Origin: Obrimoposthia wandeli
Lineage: Eukaryota
DNA: 64,000 bases
Assembly (NCBI GenBank): GCA_977020255.1
Contig: CDROCS010000275.1
Location: 248,001 to 312,000 of the forward strand
Direction: 5' to 3'
The notes under the pieces are model-generated. The model searched no databases and was not told the DNA's origin. It worked only from the letters and a program-made list of their open reading frames with translations. Below are positions 62,690 to 64,000 of this stretch, piece by piece (the stretch's first letter is position 1; the number at the start of each line of letters is the position of its first letter). A program made the translations under genes and the position numbers.

Positions 62690-64000
62690 AGTAGGTAGAA
62701 GGATGGAGTCTAAGCCACTTGACCCCCCCCCGTGTGCGCACACCAAGTTAAAGGGTGTCACACCATAAGGGTGTCTTGCCACACCATAAGGGTGTCTTGC
62801 CACACCATAAGGGTCTGGCTCAGAAAGGTTAAGATAGGGGGGAGGGGGAAGGGTCAAGTGGCTTAGTCTCCAACCTTCTTTGGTATACCACTATGGTCGT
62901 CCATAATTCAAAGGGTCAAGGTCAGTTTTGACTTGAAGGTTTTAAGGTATGGTCATGATCGTCTATGGTTGGCCATCACATCTAAAGGGTTGTGGTCGTC
63001 CATAAATCAAAGGGTCAAGGTCAGTTTTGACTTGAAACTTTGAAGGTATAATTAAGGTCAACTATGGTCGGCCAACATACCCAAGGGGTTGTGGTCGTCC
63101 ATAATTCAAAGGGTCAAGGTCAGTTTTGACTTGAAACTTTGAAGGTATAATTAAGGTCAACTATGGTTGACCAACACATCTAAAGGGTCATGAACGTCCA
63201 TAGGTCAAAGGGTCGGACTAAAAAAAAAAAATTAAAATATCAAGGTTTTAGTACATGGTTGTAATCATCTTTAGAAGACGAAGTCACCCATAAAGTATGA
63301 CTGTCCATAAATCAAAGGGTTGGGATATAGACCAAATCAAGTTTTAAATGTCAAAGTTTGAATACATGGTTGTAATCATCTTTAGAAGACGAATTCATCC
63401 ATATAGGTATGGTCGTCCATAGATGAAGGGTTAAAAAAAGTTGGAATTTCATAGTTTCAAGTACATGGTTGTATTTGTCAACATATTACGAGTTTATTCA
63501 TGTAAAAATTTTATGGTCGTTCACAAGTTAAGGGTTAGATTTGGCATAAATTAAGAAATTATATAGTATTCAATCAATTATTCTATGTGAAAGTTCACTC
63601 TTAAAAGTTAAGGAATGTATTACGTAATCACACACACACTATTCTATGTGAAAATTTAGTCTAAAGTTCACTCTTATCAGTTAAGGAATGTGGTTTTTAA
63701 CACACACACTATTCTATGTGAAAATTTAGACTAAAATCACTCTTATCAGTTAAGGAATGTATTACGTAATCATACACACACTATTCTATGTGAAAATTTA
63801 GTACAAAGTTTTTTCCAGGCTTATGCATCTAAAGAAATATGGTAAAATTTATATTAAAATAAAAAATAAAATAAGAAAGAAGTCAGAGAATAATACAAAA
63901 TTAAACACATTTATTATGTAATTTCATAATATCATCTTCAAACTTAAGTGAATAACATTTAAAAAGTAAGAAAGTCCATTCTTTATACATTCTTTTCGTT
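62690..64000. mobile_element. Left end of a third copy of the same Polinton family (runs off the window), with internally deleted polB 3' end
   Basis: AGTAGGTAGAAGG start and TIR to ~63860. The sequence then matches 12992-13055 and jumps to 13280-13345. Confidence 0.92.

Overview
This is AT-rich eukaryotic genomic DNA from an invertebrate. A flatworm/planarian-like host is inferred from the innexin, the tiny introns and the composition; this is not proven. Host genes are an innexin first coding exon (44569-44973, minus) and the 3' exons of an SLC7/CAT cationic amino-acid transporter (53284-59650, minus). The window is dominated by one Polinton/Maverick family. It has a near-complete but decaying 13.5-kb copy (11655-25157, AGT...ACT ends, ~1.3-kb TIRs, 6-bp TSD TACATG), a 6.7-kb gene-less fold-back derivative (31107-37852, TSD TACGTG) that splits a Ty3/gypsy RT, and the left end of a third, polB-deleted copy (62690-end). 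The main copy has the usual core genes: pPolB, packaging ATPase, integrase, penton, major capsid protein and adenain protease. It also encodes a TATA-binding-protein (TBP)-like gene and a spliced antisense U1/zf-met zinc-finger micro-gene that the ORF track misses. The inner TIR repeats of all copies are visibly built from pieces of the element's own TBP gene, and terminal and subterminal inverted motifs co-vary between copies. The first 3.9 kb is a compact, intronless virus-like cassette (tandem dual-specificity phosphatase, membrane proteins, RING-H2). It may be the accessory region of a giant LTR retroelement. The rest is MITEs and decayed Tc1/mariner, pogo and gypsy fragments. All calls were made by eye, without database searches.
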